DNA of 64,000 nt from positions 168,826,001-168,890,000 of the forward strand of contig OX597817.1 in NCBI GenBank assembly GCA_951406725.2. The letters run 5' to 3'. Positions 13,689 through 27,226 of the stretch are shown here, piece after piece. Position numbers and translations under genes: made by a program. Each line of letters opens with the position of its first letter. Position 1 is the first letter of the stretch. Origin of the DNA: Octopus vulgaris (Eukaryota). The notes under the pieces are model-generated. The model did not search any database. It worked only from the letters and a program-made list of their open reading frames with translations, and had not been told where the DNA came from.

Positions 13689-14247
13689 GAGTCTCTGTTT
13701 CCATTTCATTTTCTTTTATACACTTCCTCTCACACCCAATCATCTTTCTTTCCTCCTCCTCCTTTTATACACTTTAACTCTGTGTTTACTCACTTCATTT
13801 TCTCTCCTTTCTCTCCACTTTCTCTTTCTCTCTCCCTCTCTTTCTCTCCTTTACTTTCCTCTCTATATTAAGAAAGGATAATAGAAATACAGCTGCTCAT
13901 ACAATATCTGTGTATGTCTTGATGTGTATGTAGATATGACTATATAATTATGTGTGTATGTTTGTATCTGTGTGTATATATATGTATATATATACATGCA
14001 TATATATATATGTATATATATGTATGTATATATATATATATATATATATGTATGGGTGTATATGTGTACATATGTTTGTTTGTAAATTCGTGTGTGTAAT
14101 GAAATAAACATGCATATATATGTGTGTATAATAAAATATATGTGTATATGTGTGTATATGTATGTATGTATATATGTGTAGGGTAAAATAATGAACATTA
14201 AAATGATAATGAAAATATTCATGTATGTTCATATATATATACATAAT

Positions 14248-14289
<42 letters not shown>

Positions 14290-15304
14290 TCACTCACATA
14301 TCTATATCCCTACATGTGTGTGAATATGCATGTTTTATATATATATATATATATACACACAAATATTTATATAGATATGTATGTGTACACATACAGATAT
14401 GAAGCCATATGTATACATGTGTGTTCGTGTACATGTACTCATACACATGCATACACACACACATACTTATACATGCATGCACATATGCAACTATGTATGA
14501 TTTCTAATTGCCGTTAATATGAAATAATGATGCATAAATGCAATTATGTGTATGATTGTATAAATGCATCAATGCATGTATGGTATGGGTGTATATGTAT
14601 GACTGAATGTATACACGTGTCAGTGTATGTGCGTATATGTATGCACATATGTGCAGTTGTGCACTAGCTTCTGCACAGATATGTGTATGTGTACATATGT
14701 ATTTAAAATCTGTTGTGTATTCATCAAAGAGAGGGAGAGATATTTTGTGATTGTGTGTGTGTGTGTGTGTGTGTGTGGATGTCTACATGTGTGTCTGTGG
14801 AATGGCTGGCGGAAGTGGTGAGAATAAGAACGAAGAGGTGTGTGGTGGTTGGGGCATTCATCTCAATTGTGTATGTTCTAAGTTAATATCCTAGTCTATT
14901 ATTGAAGAGTTCTAATCCAGTTTTGTCTTTACCTGAATTGCTTATGGAATTTCTGAAGCTTAAATTCTCACATGTTCACCATTGTATTATTGCTACACTG
15001 TCTTGGACAATTTTATTTCCTACCCTTCATCTCAAATCTCTTTATCATAATATCTGAGCAGCATTTTACCTTATATGTACAAATGTAGTTTATTGTGACA
15101 TTGTTGCTTCACTGCAGGTGAGCACTGAATGAGGAAACTTATGATATGATCAAAAGCATTCTAACCATGACCATCTCATCTATATTTCAAACAGCGTATC
15201 TAATCATCTAAGACACTTATCTGAAGTGCCCTTTTTTTTATGTCAAATAGGCTATGATTTTATGACTTGAAGCCAAATTTGGTTACTATTTCTAGGCTGA
15301 GTGA

Positions 15305-15890
15305 TAATAATAATAATAATAATTGTGTACAGTGCTCAGGTGCACTACAACTCATCTAAAGTGTATATATAATCAGGTGTAGTTTTGGCGGATTTCGGAA
15401 AGCATGAGGGCCTTAAAGGATGCAGTGTCATGGCAGTCAACAACTGACGCAGGCAGTTTATTCCATGCTTCAGCAACTCTGAGCGTGAAAAATGTTTCTG
15501 AAAGTCATGGGAGCTGTGTTGTTTTCTGACTTTGTAGGCATGTCCACGTGTGTTAGACACATGGAGATCAAAAAGGTGTTCAGTGTTGTTGTTGGTGAGG
15601 TGGTTGATAACTTTGTGGGTGCTTACCAAGTCCGTCGCCAGACGCCGGAGCTTCAGTGAATCCATGCCCAGGGAAACAAGGCGCTCAGAATATGGTAGGT
15701 GTCTGATGGAGGGTATGCATTTGGTTGCACGTCTCTGGACAGATTCCAGGAGGTCAATGTTCTGAGCAAGATAGGGGTTCCAAACTGATGATGCGAATTC
15801 CAAGTGTGGTCGTACCATAGCTGTATACAGTTTTAAATAGATGGCTGGAGAGCGGCTAACAAAAGACCTGCTGAGTGATGCCAAGACACA
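15305..15890 (-). mobile_element. CR1-type LINE 3' end (ORF2 C-terminus plus (TTA)n tail)
   Basis: LYTAMVRPHLEFASSVWNPY...LESVQRRATK...YSERL..LGMDSLKLRRL..DL is typical of CR1/L2-group ORF2 C-termini. Confidence 0.9.
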
Positions 15891-16033
15891 TAATTTATGC
15901 AATCTGTGCTTCTTAGGACTTTCCGAGTGGCTGAATGAATTGAATTGTCTTTTAGCAGAGCTGCGTGCCTAATAATGGTGAGCCATATTTCATGCAGCCT
16001 GCTTCTCAAAAGAGGTTGCCCATGACTGATGTA

Positions 16034-16250
16034 TGAGGGGACACTGAAAAGTTCCTGGCTTTGGATAAAAGAAGATACAGGAAGATCAGTTAATCATGAT
16101 TTTATTTAATATATTCCCCTCCCAGGTTCACACACTTATTGTAGTGGTCCTTCAGTTTTTCTAAGCCCTGTAAAAAAACTCAGAAGGTTGGGCTTCCAAC
16201 CAGGCCTTTCACAGTACCCTTAAAGCAAGTGACTTTTCAGCTCCCCCTCG
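16034..16250. mobile_element. Mariner-type MITE
   Basis: TA|tgaggggacactgaaaagtt ... gacttttcagctccccctcg|TA imperfect TIRs. Confidence 0.75.
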
Positions 16251-16719
16251 TAGAATATTCTTGCTCTACTAGAAATACCTCAGTGATCTAAGGATTAAGT
16301 TTTATGCACCTATGATTCAAGTTCTATTCTGACCCACATGATATTCTGACTGGTTTTTATGGTTATTCATAATTGGGAGCTATCTCATTTGTATGACTTT
16401 TTTGGCTGTGCCTGACAGTAACTGGCCACACTCATAAATGGTGGTCTCCTGGAATGCAAAGCGGGTGGATTTTCTTGCTGGGATGTTTCCCATGGTACAT
16501 AATTATTCCTGACACTTGTTATGCTGTGTCCCTTTTGAGGTCCCTTTAATCTATGGACTATATTACCTGAATAAAAGTCTAGTAGGTTATAACTCTATGA
16601 ATTGGAGTTGATCTCAAGTTAAAAAAAAACAATAAAGCATTTCAACCTACAAGAAGGACCTCTTTGTAAAGGTCATTTTATTCTCTGTAGAGGTCAATAA
16701 AATGTACTTTGTATTATCA

Positions 16720-16881
16720 TGCCCAAGAGTGGCTGTGTGGTAAGTAGCTTGCTAACCAACCACATGGTTCCGGGTTCAATCCCACTGCGTGGCATCTTGG
16801 GCAAGTGTCTTCTGCTATAGCCCCGGGCCGACCAATGCCTTGTGAGTGGATTTGGTAGACGGAAACTGAAAGAAGCCTGTC

Positions 16882-16931
<50 letters not shown>

Positions 16932-17144
16932 TTGTGTGTCTGTGTTTGTTCCCCTAGCATTGCTTGACAACCGATGCTGGTGTGTTTACGTCCCCGTCAC
17001 TTAGCGGTTCAGCAAAAAGAGACCGATAGAATAAGTACTGGGCTTACAAAAAGAATAAGTCCCGGGGTTGAGTTGCTTGACTAAAGGCGGTGCTCCAGCA
17101 TGGCCGCAGTCAAATGACTGAAACAAGTAAAAGAGTAAAAGAGA
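16720..17144 (+). mobile_element. SINE family A
   Basis: Near-full alignment to the family. Confidence 0.9.
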
Positions 17145-17408
17145 GCCTGGACATTGTGACTACTACCTTATCTGACCAATTGGTGCCAGCTCCTGTTTGG
17201 GTTTTACTCACAAAATGAATTGAACTTTAACGAGCAAAACTCATTAAGCACTTCTCTCCTTTCACACTAGTATTGCTTTTACTATTGTCTGTTACAACTA
17301 CAATGATAAGTTACATCACTCCACACTTTGTGTATTTACTTACTGTGGATAGTGAAGTGTCTTGGTCATGTCCATAGGTACTTATGTACACTTTAGCAAG
17401 TAGTTGTG

Positions 17409-17750
17409 AAGGCGCATGGCTCAGTGGTTAGAGCGTCGAGCTTACGATCGTGAGGTTGTGAGCTCGAATCCCGGACCGGGCTGCGTGTTGTGTTCTTGAG
17501 CAAGACACTTTATTTCACGTTGCTCCAGTTCACTCAGCTGTAGAAATGAGTTGCGACGTCACGGGTGCCAAGCTGTATCGACCTTTGTCTTTCCCTTGGA
17601 TAACACTGGTGGCGTGGAGAGGGGCGGCTGGTATGCATGGGTGACTGCTGGTCTTCCATAAACAACCTTGCCCAGATTTGTGTCTAGGAGGGTAACTTTC
17701 TAGGTGCAATCCCATAGTCATTCATGACCGAAGGGGGTCTTTACCCTTTA
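17409..17750 (+). mobile_element. SINE family D: tRNA-Arg-like head plus CORE-like domain (resembles octopus OR-type SINEs)
   Basis: ggcgcatggctcagtggttagagcg (A box), cttACGat anticodon-like loop, gagctcgaatccc (B box), then ttcttgagcaagacactttatttcac..ctcagctgtagaaatgag similar to the MIR CORE. Other copies: 23037-23368(-), 38548-38745(+), 43555-43880(-). Confidence 0.85.
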
Positions 17751-17902
17751 GTAAGTACTTACAGTTAGATAGACAAGACTGTTTACATTAAATGTCTTGA
17801 CCATGGACAGAATACTGTGAAATATACTTCACTTTAGTACTTGAATACTTGTTGGATAAATAGAACTTTTTACAGTTAAGTATCTTAGGCATGTACTTAA
17901 TA

Positions 17903-18290
17903 CATCATCATCATCATTGTTCAACCGTGGTCGAGACAATGGAATTTACCATACTACGCCAGACTTCACGGTCCATCATGGCATTACGGAGGTCCTGTTG
18001 CTGGATGCCTGTATCCCTGGAGATTACATCAGGGTAGGAGAGTGTGCGCCCTCTGGTATTGCGAGTAAATGGCTTTTAAGAGGAGAAGAGTAGAAATTAC
18101 CTCTTTTTCAGCTCTACAACAATGTCCAGCAAACTGGACTCTCCTACCTTTCACAAGAGATGACACAGGTGGTAGTTTCCCATATATTTGCATTTTGGTT
18201 GGATGGCGCTTCCACGAGAGATTTTGAGCTCTCATAAGGAGGCGAGTGTAGGTTCCATCCAACCGCCTCTCAAGCTTCTTTGACATAATA
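17903..18290 (-). mobile_element. RTE-clade LINE 3' end
   Basis: KKLERRLDGTYTRLLMRAQNLSWKRHPT..IYG.LPPVS..VKGRRVQFAGHC, frameshift, then DREVWRSMVNS..*; (tga)n tail. Confidence 0.85.
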
Positions 18291-20071
18291 CAGTGAACTC
18301 TATCACACTTTGGTTTACATACAGATAGGCAGTCAGGTCGGTTGAATGATGTTTTTGTCATAAACAGTGCAGAAAATTACACTGTAGCATTGCTCCTGCA
18401 TACACCTAGGTAGACTGGGTTGTTGATAGTTAAGTGTCTTGGTCAGGGCCTGATACAGTGGACTGTGTCATTCTGTAGTACAGGCAGCAGGAGAACTCAC
18501 TGATAGCAGTTTACTGACCAAAATTTCATTGATTAGCAAATTTCACTTACAAGCAATTGATCGAATAACTTATTTACCAATGGAACATTATTGATTAATA
18601 ACTTGATTTCAGTGAAGGGTTAAAAAAGTAAATAGTGTATATTTATTTCTCAGAAAATTCATTTAAAAAATTATTAAAATATCGATAAAATTTTGAAAGA
18701 TTTCTAAGATGAGATGTTATGAGTTAAGCCTCTTAAATATAAAATGATAGATTCATTAGATTTGTAGTGAGTCTTTTAGTGAGCTGTTTTTATACTCCTA
18801 GTTTTTTTTCTTTTTTTTTTCATTGTAAGTTAGTCTTTTTATACTTTCAGCATGACCATAGAATTTTCATTTCTTTAAGGAGGCTGTTGTAACTGGTGAA
18901 TTGTTGGTTGATGTGTTGCTATTGGTAGATTGTTATCAATAGATTACTATTGGCAAATTTCCTACACATGTATGGCATCTATTTGCAACTAGCAGTTAAA
19001 TATCTTGGCCATAGACTCAGAACTCTGCTCCATGTTCCTTAAGGTCATACTCACTTACAGCTAGGTAGACCGGTCTAACGTTTCTTAACAATGAACACAT
19101 TGCTCTACTGGTAACGAATGATTAACTATCAACCATACTGAGTCAATGAAATAAATACCAATAATATATTAGTATTAATTCAATCAACTCTGCTTTCTCT
19201 TTTCCAAAAATTGGCATGTAGCTGGTCGAAAGAAATCTATTTTATTATTGAGATCAAATAAGCTGATTTAATCAAGTTAGTCAGTGTAAATATATTGCCT
19301 ACCCTGTTCATTTGATTATCTTGAAGAGCAAACATGGAAACCAAGCTGAAGAGTTATCTCCCTCTCAGTAAGCACTCACCTGTGTTCAAATAGTGTGTGT
19401 GTATGTGTGTGTTATGCATCAATCTTTTTGTGTATGAGTGTTCAAAATCTGGGTGGTGAAGGAGAATGAAGGGAGTGAGTGTGAATGATAGTTGGTGAGA
19501 GGTGATAGTAAGACACAGATAAAGTGACAGAGAGAGAATGAATGAAAGACAATGGTACTTTCATTGCTTTGGAGTAAATTCACTGATTGGAGGATACTTT
19601 GTATCTCATGATCAAATGGAAGAGGCAATGTATCACATGACCTACTCACAAAAGAAGAAAACACAGTGTTACCATAATTGTCTCGTTTCTTTTGTTGTGT
19701 TATATCATAGTCATAATGTCATTTTTGATGATCGTTATACATTAAACTTATTTAAGATATATATCAGAAAAGTAAAACAACAACAAATAAAAAACAAAAT
19801 ATACAAAATCTGTTGGTCCATACTACACAGAACCTATTTCTTTACTACCCACAAGGGACTGAACACAGAGGGGACAAACAAGGACAGACAAACGGATTAA
19901 GTCAATTACATCGACCCCAGTGCGTAACTAATACTTAATTTATCGACCCCAAAAGGATGAAAGGCAAAGTCAACCTCGGCGGAATTTGAACTCAGAATGT
20001 AACGGCAGACAAAATATGGCTATGCATTTCGCCCGGAGTGCTAACGTTTCTGCCAGCTCGCCACCTCATAA

Positions 20072-20325
20072 AATAAATGCGCCCTTTTAAAGCCTAGCCA
20101 GGCTCATGGGCCCGGTTTCTGGGTTTCTGTGGTGTATGTGTTCCCCAGCTGGATGGGGACGACAGTCCATTGCAGCGTTACTCATTTTTGCCAGCTGAGT
20201 GGACTGGAGCAACGTGAAATGAAGCGTTTTGCTCAAGAACACAACACAATGCTCGGTCCAAGAATCGAAACCACAATCTTACGATCATGATGCTGGCACC
20301 CTAACCACTAAGCCACGTGCCTCCA
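20072..20325 (-). mobile_element. CORE-like SINE with D-type head/core and a different tail
   Basis: Same CORE-like block as family D; tail homologous to the tail of 11650-11940. An older copy lies at ~23560-23785. Confidence 0.8.
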
Positions 20326-21089
20326 CTCCATACTACACAGTACCTAGTGACCTAGTTTAAAGGCGGCGAGCTGGCAGAAACGTTAACACGCCGGGCGAAA
20401 TGCTTTGCGGTATTTCGTCTGCCGTTACGTTCTGAGTTCAAATTCCGCCGAGTTTGACTTTGCCTTTCATCCTTTCGGGGTCGATAAATTAAAGTACCAG
20501 TTACGCACTGGGGTCGATGTGATCGACTTAATACCTATGTCTGTCCTTGTTTGTCCCCTCTATGTTTAGCCCCTTGTGGGTAGTAAAGAAATAAGTACCT
20601 AGTGACCTTGCAGTTTCTCAAATTCACCAAACCAACCAAGAAACAGATGGAAATTTCATGACTTGCTTCCGTTGTTTTTATCAATTTATTTGAGTTATTT
20701 AACTGTCTCCCTTTTTATATCGCTTCCCTCCTACACACACATCTTCATTGTTGATGGAAAGAAAATACAAAAATCAATACGTACTGTGAAGAAATTCGAC
20801 TAATCTACCGACTCTCATACAAAAATACAGTTTTCACAAGATGGTACTTTGACTTACATCTTGGTCAGTGATTGTGTTACATTGATTTTGTGCTATTACC
20901 AGACTAAGGGGCAGGAGCATGTTATGGTACAGATTCTTGGAAATTTAGATATCCACGTGTGAACTATTAAAGCCTCTGTCTTCACAGCTGCTTGTCTCTC
21001 CTACTGTTAACCACTGAACATAGCACCTTGTTTGTCAGCCATCATTGTCATCATCATTATCATCATCAACACCGTAAAAATCACTTTAA

Positions 21090-21529
21090 CCCTTTCACAT
21101 TTAAACCGGCCATATCTGGGCCACATATTCTACCTGTTTTACACTAAAATCAGCCAGATTCCATACAATGCTTCCCTACCACATGGTTCCAGGTTCAGTC
21201 CCACTGCATGGTACCTTCGGCAAGTATCTTCTACTATAGCCTCGGGCTGACTAAAGCCTTGTAAGTGTATTTAGTAGACAGAAACTGAAAGAAGGCGGCA
21301 AGCTGGCAGAAATGTTAGCACGCCGGGCGAAATGCATAGCTATATTTCGTCTGCCAGTATGTTCTGAGTTCAAATTCCACCAAGGTCGACTTTGCCTTTC
21401 ATCCTTTCGGGGTCAATAAATTAAGTACCAGTTATGCAATTGACTTAATCCTTTTGTCTATCCTTGTTTGTCCCCTCTGTGTTTAGCCCCTTGTGGGCAA
21501 TAAAGAAATAAGAAACTGAAAGAAGCCTG

Positions 21530-21569
<40 letters not shown>

Positions 21570-22310
21570 GTGTGTGTGTCTTTGAGTCTGTGTTTGTCCT
21601 CTCATTACTGCTTGACAACCAGTGTTGGTGTGTTTACATCCTTGTAACTTAGCAGTTTGGCAAAAGAGACCAATAGAATAACTACTAGGCTTAAAGAATA
21701 TATGTTCTGGGATTGATTTCTTCGACTAGAATCCTTCAAGGTGGTACTCCAGCATGGCTGCAGTCAAATGACTGAAACAAGTAAAAGAATATAAGAATAA
21801 AGAATATCATCGAAATTTTGAAGCTACAAGATAATACTCTTACTCTTTTACTTGTTTCAGTCATTTGACTGTGGCCATGCTGGAGCACCGCCTTTAGTCG
21901 AGCAAATCGACCCCGGGACTTATTCTTTTTGTAAGCCCAGTACTTATTCTATCGGTCTCTTTTTGCCGAACTGCTAAGTGACAGGGACGTAAACACACCA
22001 GCATCGGTTGTCAAGCAATGCTAGGGGAACAAACACAGACACACAAACACACACACACATACATATATACGACAGGATTCTTTCAGTTTCCGTCTACCAA
22101 ATCCACTCACAAGGCATTGGTCGGCCCGGGGCTATAGCAGAAGACACTTGCCCAAGATGCCACACAGTGGGACTGAACCCGGAACCATGTGATTGGTTAG
22201 CAAGCTACTTACCACACAGCCACTCCTGCGCCGATAATACATTATTATTGAAAACAATGAGAATAAATATGCATTATGTTTGACAAAATAATCTGACTGC
22301 TAAAAGGCTT
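21090..22310. mobile_element. piggyBac-type MITE in opposite orientation, broken by nested SINEs
   Basis: MITE pieces at ~21090-21160, ~21806-21837 and ~22233-22310 are collinear with the reverse complement of the 35524 copy. Confidence 0.7.
21838..22232 (-). mobile_element. SINE family A inserted in a piggyBac MITE
   Basis: TSD gataatac at 21830-21837 and 22233-22240. Confidence 0.9.
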
Positions 22311-24344
22311 AAAATTTGTTTACAGTGGCAGATAGAATAAGTGCCAGACTTAAAATATGTACTGGGTTCAACTTGTTGGGCTAAAGCCATCAAGGTGGTA
22401 CCCTAGCATGGCTGCAGTCCAATGATGAAAACAAGTAAAAAATAAAGAAAAATATAAATAAATGAAAATGGAGTAAGGTACTTGATCAATAATGCAGACT
22501 TCCCATTTCCTCTTTCAGAACATAATCAGAAAATATTTGACCCAATATTTTAATTAGATATTTAATGAATGAAAACAAAATGAAATTTTCTTCTCTTTTG
22601 TGGTCAATATTTATTAAAGTTACCAATAACTGTTATAACTACCAGTAATAGCTATTATTACTACCACTTGTAACAACTAATCTCAGCAGAAAGAGCTTCT
22701 GCATGGACAGTCAGAGTGCTAAAAATAGCAGCCTAATCTCCCTCAAATAACATTCCAGTTAGGAAAAGGGAAAGGCTGTCCTTGCATGTAATCAGAATGG
22801 TAGTCTGGTCATGACTGGAATGGTTTCGATCTTTGGTTTGCTTAATCAGTGCTGACATGTGACTAAACAATGACAGTAGCAACAACTAAAACTACTATAA
22901 GTCAAAGAGAGTGCCTTTACATGGTTGCTTGACCTGTTAGAAGTAGCAGCCAAATCTCCCTCAAATCACAGCCCTGTTGTCTTTAAAAGCTATAAGGAAC
23001 ATTGAATAATGTTGTTTTCGATACAGTGTTTAAATTATGACCCCCTTTGGTCAGACGCTGACCATGTGTTTGCACCTAGAGAGTTACCCTCTGAGGCACA
23101 AGTCTGGGCAAGGTTGTTTTTTTATGGAAGACCAGCAGTCGCCCATGCATACCGGTCTCCCCTCTCCACGTCACCGATGTTGTCCAAGGGAAAGGCAAGG
23201 GCCGATACAGCTTGGCACCTGTGACGTCGCAACTCATTTCTACAGCTGAGTGAACTGGAGCAACGTGAAATAAAGTGTCTTGCTCAAGAACACAACACGC
23301 AGCCCGGTCCGGGATTCGAGCTCACAACCTCACGATCGTAAGCTCGACGCTCTAACCACTGAGCCGTGCAGGATATTGTGTTAGGAAGGGAATATTCTGT
23401 AGAAACCATGCCAAAGCAGACACTGAAACATGATGCAGTCCTTGGTTCCGTTAAATTCTGTCAAACTATGCCAGCATGAAACACATGGTTGATAAGTGAG
23501 CTTCTTAACCATACAGCCATGCCTATGCTTCAACATATAACAAGGATAAAGCATCCTTCTTGAGCCCTCTGGACACATAAGGGCTGATTCCCTGGCTTCC
23601 ATGGTGCATATATATTTACCCCCTAGACGGGATGCGGGTCTGTCACAGAATTACTCATTTTTACCACTTGAATGGAAATAAAGAGTTTTGCTCACAAACA
23701 GAACACTTCACCCAGTCCAGGAATTGAAACCACAATCTTATGATTATGAGTCCAACACCCTGACCACTAAGCCACATGGCTCTACACACTTAATTTTATT
23801 GATCTTGGATGATTCAAAGACAAATAAAGATTTTGGGAGGACTTGAACTCAGAGCATAAAAGCTAAAACAAAAGCATTATGGCCGACATGCTCATGGTTC
23901 TGCAAATCCATTGCTTTTAATAGTTTCTTACATCGGCATAAGGTCAGAAATTTTAGGAGTGGGGTCGGGGCAATGTTGATCAATTAGATTGACTCTAATA
24001 CTTGACTAATAATTTATCCAATCAATCCCCCAAGAAGATAAAAGGCAAAGTTGACCTCCGTGGGATCTTAAGTCAGAACATAAAAAGTCAGAACAAACAC
24101 CATAAGGCATTGTTTCCAATGCTTTTAACATTTCTGCCAACTCGCCACTCTAATACAGCAATTAATAATAGCTTTAATAAGCAATTATCTTTACTTTAGT
24201 CACATATACTAACTGTAATAGCCACTAAATATCTGTAAGAACTTCTGTTGCTATGAAACTATGGCTCTGAATATCTACTCTCTTTTGTGCAACAGATTTC
24301 CTAGAAACTCTCCACCACACACACATACACACACATCTATCTGT

Positions 24345-24347
24345 TTT

Positions 24348-24419
<72 letters not shown>

Positions 24420-24432
24420 CCTATCTACCTAC

Positions 24433-24467
<35 letters not shown>

Positions 24468-24491
24468 ACTGACTATATATATATCTATCTA

Positions 24492-24526
<35 letters not shown>
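24345..24526. repeat. (CTAT)n followed by (TA)n compound microsatellite
   Basis: Direct reading. Many other (TA)n, (CA)n, (CT)n and (CAT)n tracts occur, notably at 12480-14770, 29260-29390 and 45040-46220. Confidence 0.95.
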
Positions 24527-24529
<3 letters not shown>

Positions 24530-25749
24530 ATATTACAATGGACTGGACTGCTCACTTAAATATATAAAAGAATAACTTAGTGGTGGTGGGGGATATCACA
24601 ATTTATTTTTAAAAAAGTATAAAAAAAAAACCAAAAGGACAAAAAAAAAAGATCATTTTTATGTTGCTTAGTAATTATTGATAAAAGAAAAACGAAATAA
24701 TTTGAACTTGCTAGCTTCGGTAGTTTGTGAGATATCTGAATGGATACTGTGGTAATAAACGGATATATGTTGTTAGATGGAGGAAGATAATGATGATTGT
24801 ACAGTATGAGGCCATTAAAAGATGGATATTAATGTTGTCTGGGATTTTGTGTGAGAATAGGATAGGAACGAGCCGGTGTTAGAGTTTCTAAATAGTAGTT
24901 GCTGGACCTGCTAGAAATAGCAGCTAAATGTAAATCTTTTTCAAATTACACTTTACTGTTTAAAATAAGCAACTGGCGTATTAGAGTGTGTAGTTTTAGA
25001 TTTCCTGAAAAAGGATAAAATGATCATAGGTGGAATGTCTTTGATGATGTTTGCTCAATCAGGTCTGACCTTGGGCTAAATAATTACAATAGCAGCAAAA
25101 CAGGAATAGTAGTGTAAACAATGCCCCTAGAATGGAAGTGTACTTTTGTTGAAGAAAATATAGGCCAAATAGACCAAGTAAAATATAGGCCAGTGAGGTT
25201 AAGGAGTTCATTCCACAACCACATGGTTCTGAGTTCAATTTCACTATGCAGCTCCTTGGACAAGTGTCTTATATTACACGCTCAGGTTGATGAATATCTT
25301 GGGAGTAGAATTTGATTCATAGAAACAGTGTGGAGACCCATCATGTGTATAAGCATGTGTGTGTGTACATGGGTGCATATGTGTGCGTGTATATATATAT
25401 ATATCCTATGACTGGCACCCAGCAGATGTCAGGACCCCTACGTAAAAAGCATTATCCGACTCGTGGCCGATGCCAGCGCCGCCTCGACTGGCTTCCGTGC
25501 CAGTGGCACGTAAATTGCACCAATCCAACCGTGGCCGTTGCCAGCCTGGCCTGGCACCTGTGCAGGTGGCACGTAAAAAGCACCCACTACACTCACGGAG
25601 TGGTTGGCGTTAGGAAGGACATCCAGCTGTAGAAACATTGCCAGATAAGACCGGAGCCTGGTGCAGCCTTCTGGCTTCCCAGATCCCCGGTCGAACTGTC
25701 CAACCCATGCTAGCATGGAGAACGGATGTTGAACGATGATGATGATGAT

Positions 25750-26334
25750 GATATCCTTGGCACGCTGTTTCTTCTCCCCTCTTTAATTCCTTCCTTCTCT
25801 CTCTCTCTCCCCCTTGGTGCCTTTGTCCCTTTCTTTCTCTCTCTCTTTGATTCCTTGCCCCCTGCTTTTCTTTCTCTCTCTTCTGTCCTCTCACGTGACT
25901 GCCGCCGCTCAAACTGGTCTTTTCGGCTTGACCACTGCCATGTTAACACTGTTGTCTTCGTTTGCCGCAAAGGCATTTTTTTCAAAATACGCCAGCCAAG
26001 ATAAGTTAAAAATTGTCTGAAGTCGTAAGACACCCGCTGTTTTGTCCTGTTATTACTATTCTTGTTTTTTATTTCTATTTTTTGTTTCTTGTATTTATAT
26101 TCGTGTGGCATTCTGTCCTTGTTTCGTATGCATTCGATCCTAATGCTCGTAGCTTAGTTTTTCTTTGGGGCTGGCCGTATCGGAGCGATATCAGGATTAA
26201 ACAGCCGAAATTGCTAAGATGATCCGGTTCCCGACTGAAGATTAGAGGCTTCGAATGACCCGTCTGTTTTTTTGTGTCGTCTCTTTGTGTGTTTTTACAT
26301 TCTTGCCCCATTTTGTAATTTATATTTAATTTCT

Positions 26335-26340
<6 letters not shown>
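25750..26340 (+). mobile_element. Unclassified repeat, possibly a Penelope-like pLTR, with a structured RNA motif
   Basis: Homologous to 61915-62640(-): pyrimidine tract, tcacgtgac, conserved block 26165-26265, ends in (TA)n. Confidence 0.6.
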
Positions 26341-26375
<35 letters not shown>

Positions 26376-26391
26376 TACATATATATATATG

Positions 26392-26427
<36 letters not shown>

Positions 26428-26846
26428 TACATGTGTGTGTATATTTATATATAAATTCACACACACACACACGTGACTGGTTTCTTTTATGGGTACTTCC
26501 CAACTACATGGTTTCAGGTTCAGTCCCACTGCATGATACCTTGGGCAAGTATCATCTATAACCCCAGGCTGACCAAAACCTTGCGAGTAGTTTGAAGGAA
26601 ACTGAAAGAAGCCCATATGTGCATGAGTGTGTGTGTGGTTACTGTCTCCTTGCCTTGACATCACGTGATAGTTGTGGTTGTCACTGTCATACAAGTGGTG
26701 TCCATTGTTGCCAATCTTCGTAGATGTTTGGTCACTGGAAAATATTATCTTACAGGACAATTGACAACAGGAAGGGCATCCAACTGTAGAAAATCTGCCT
26801 CAACAGATTCTGACCCATTCAAACATGGAAAACTGGACATTAAAAC

Positions 26847-26877
<31 letters not shown>

Positions 26878-27226
26878 GTTTAACGTCCGTTCTTCATGCT
26901 AGCATGGGTTGGACGGTTCGACCGGGGATCTGGGAAGCCAGAAGGCTGCACCAGGCTCCAGTCTTATCTGGCAACGTTTCTACAGCTGGATGCCCTTCCT
27001 AACGCCAACCACTCCGTGAGTGTAGTGGGTGCTTTTACGTGCCACCTGCACTGGAGCCAGGCGAGGCTGGCATCGGCCACAGTCGGATTGGTGCATTTTA
27101 TGGAAGCCAGTCGAGGCGGCACTGGCTTCGGCTACGATTCGGATGATGATGATAATGATGTTTATATATAAAAATATTTATTCATTAGTTTAACATTTGT
27201 TTTTCCATGCTGGAATATGTTGGATG

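Noticed and set aside
17409-17482. tRNA-Arg gene
   Set aside because: Acceptor and anticodon stems pair poorly and the sequence runs into a multi-copy SINE body; the same applies to the heads at 11650, 32803 and 38548.
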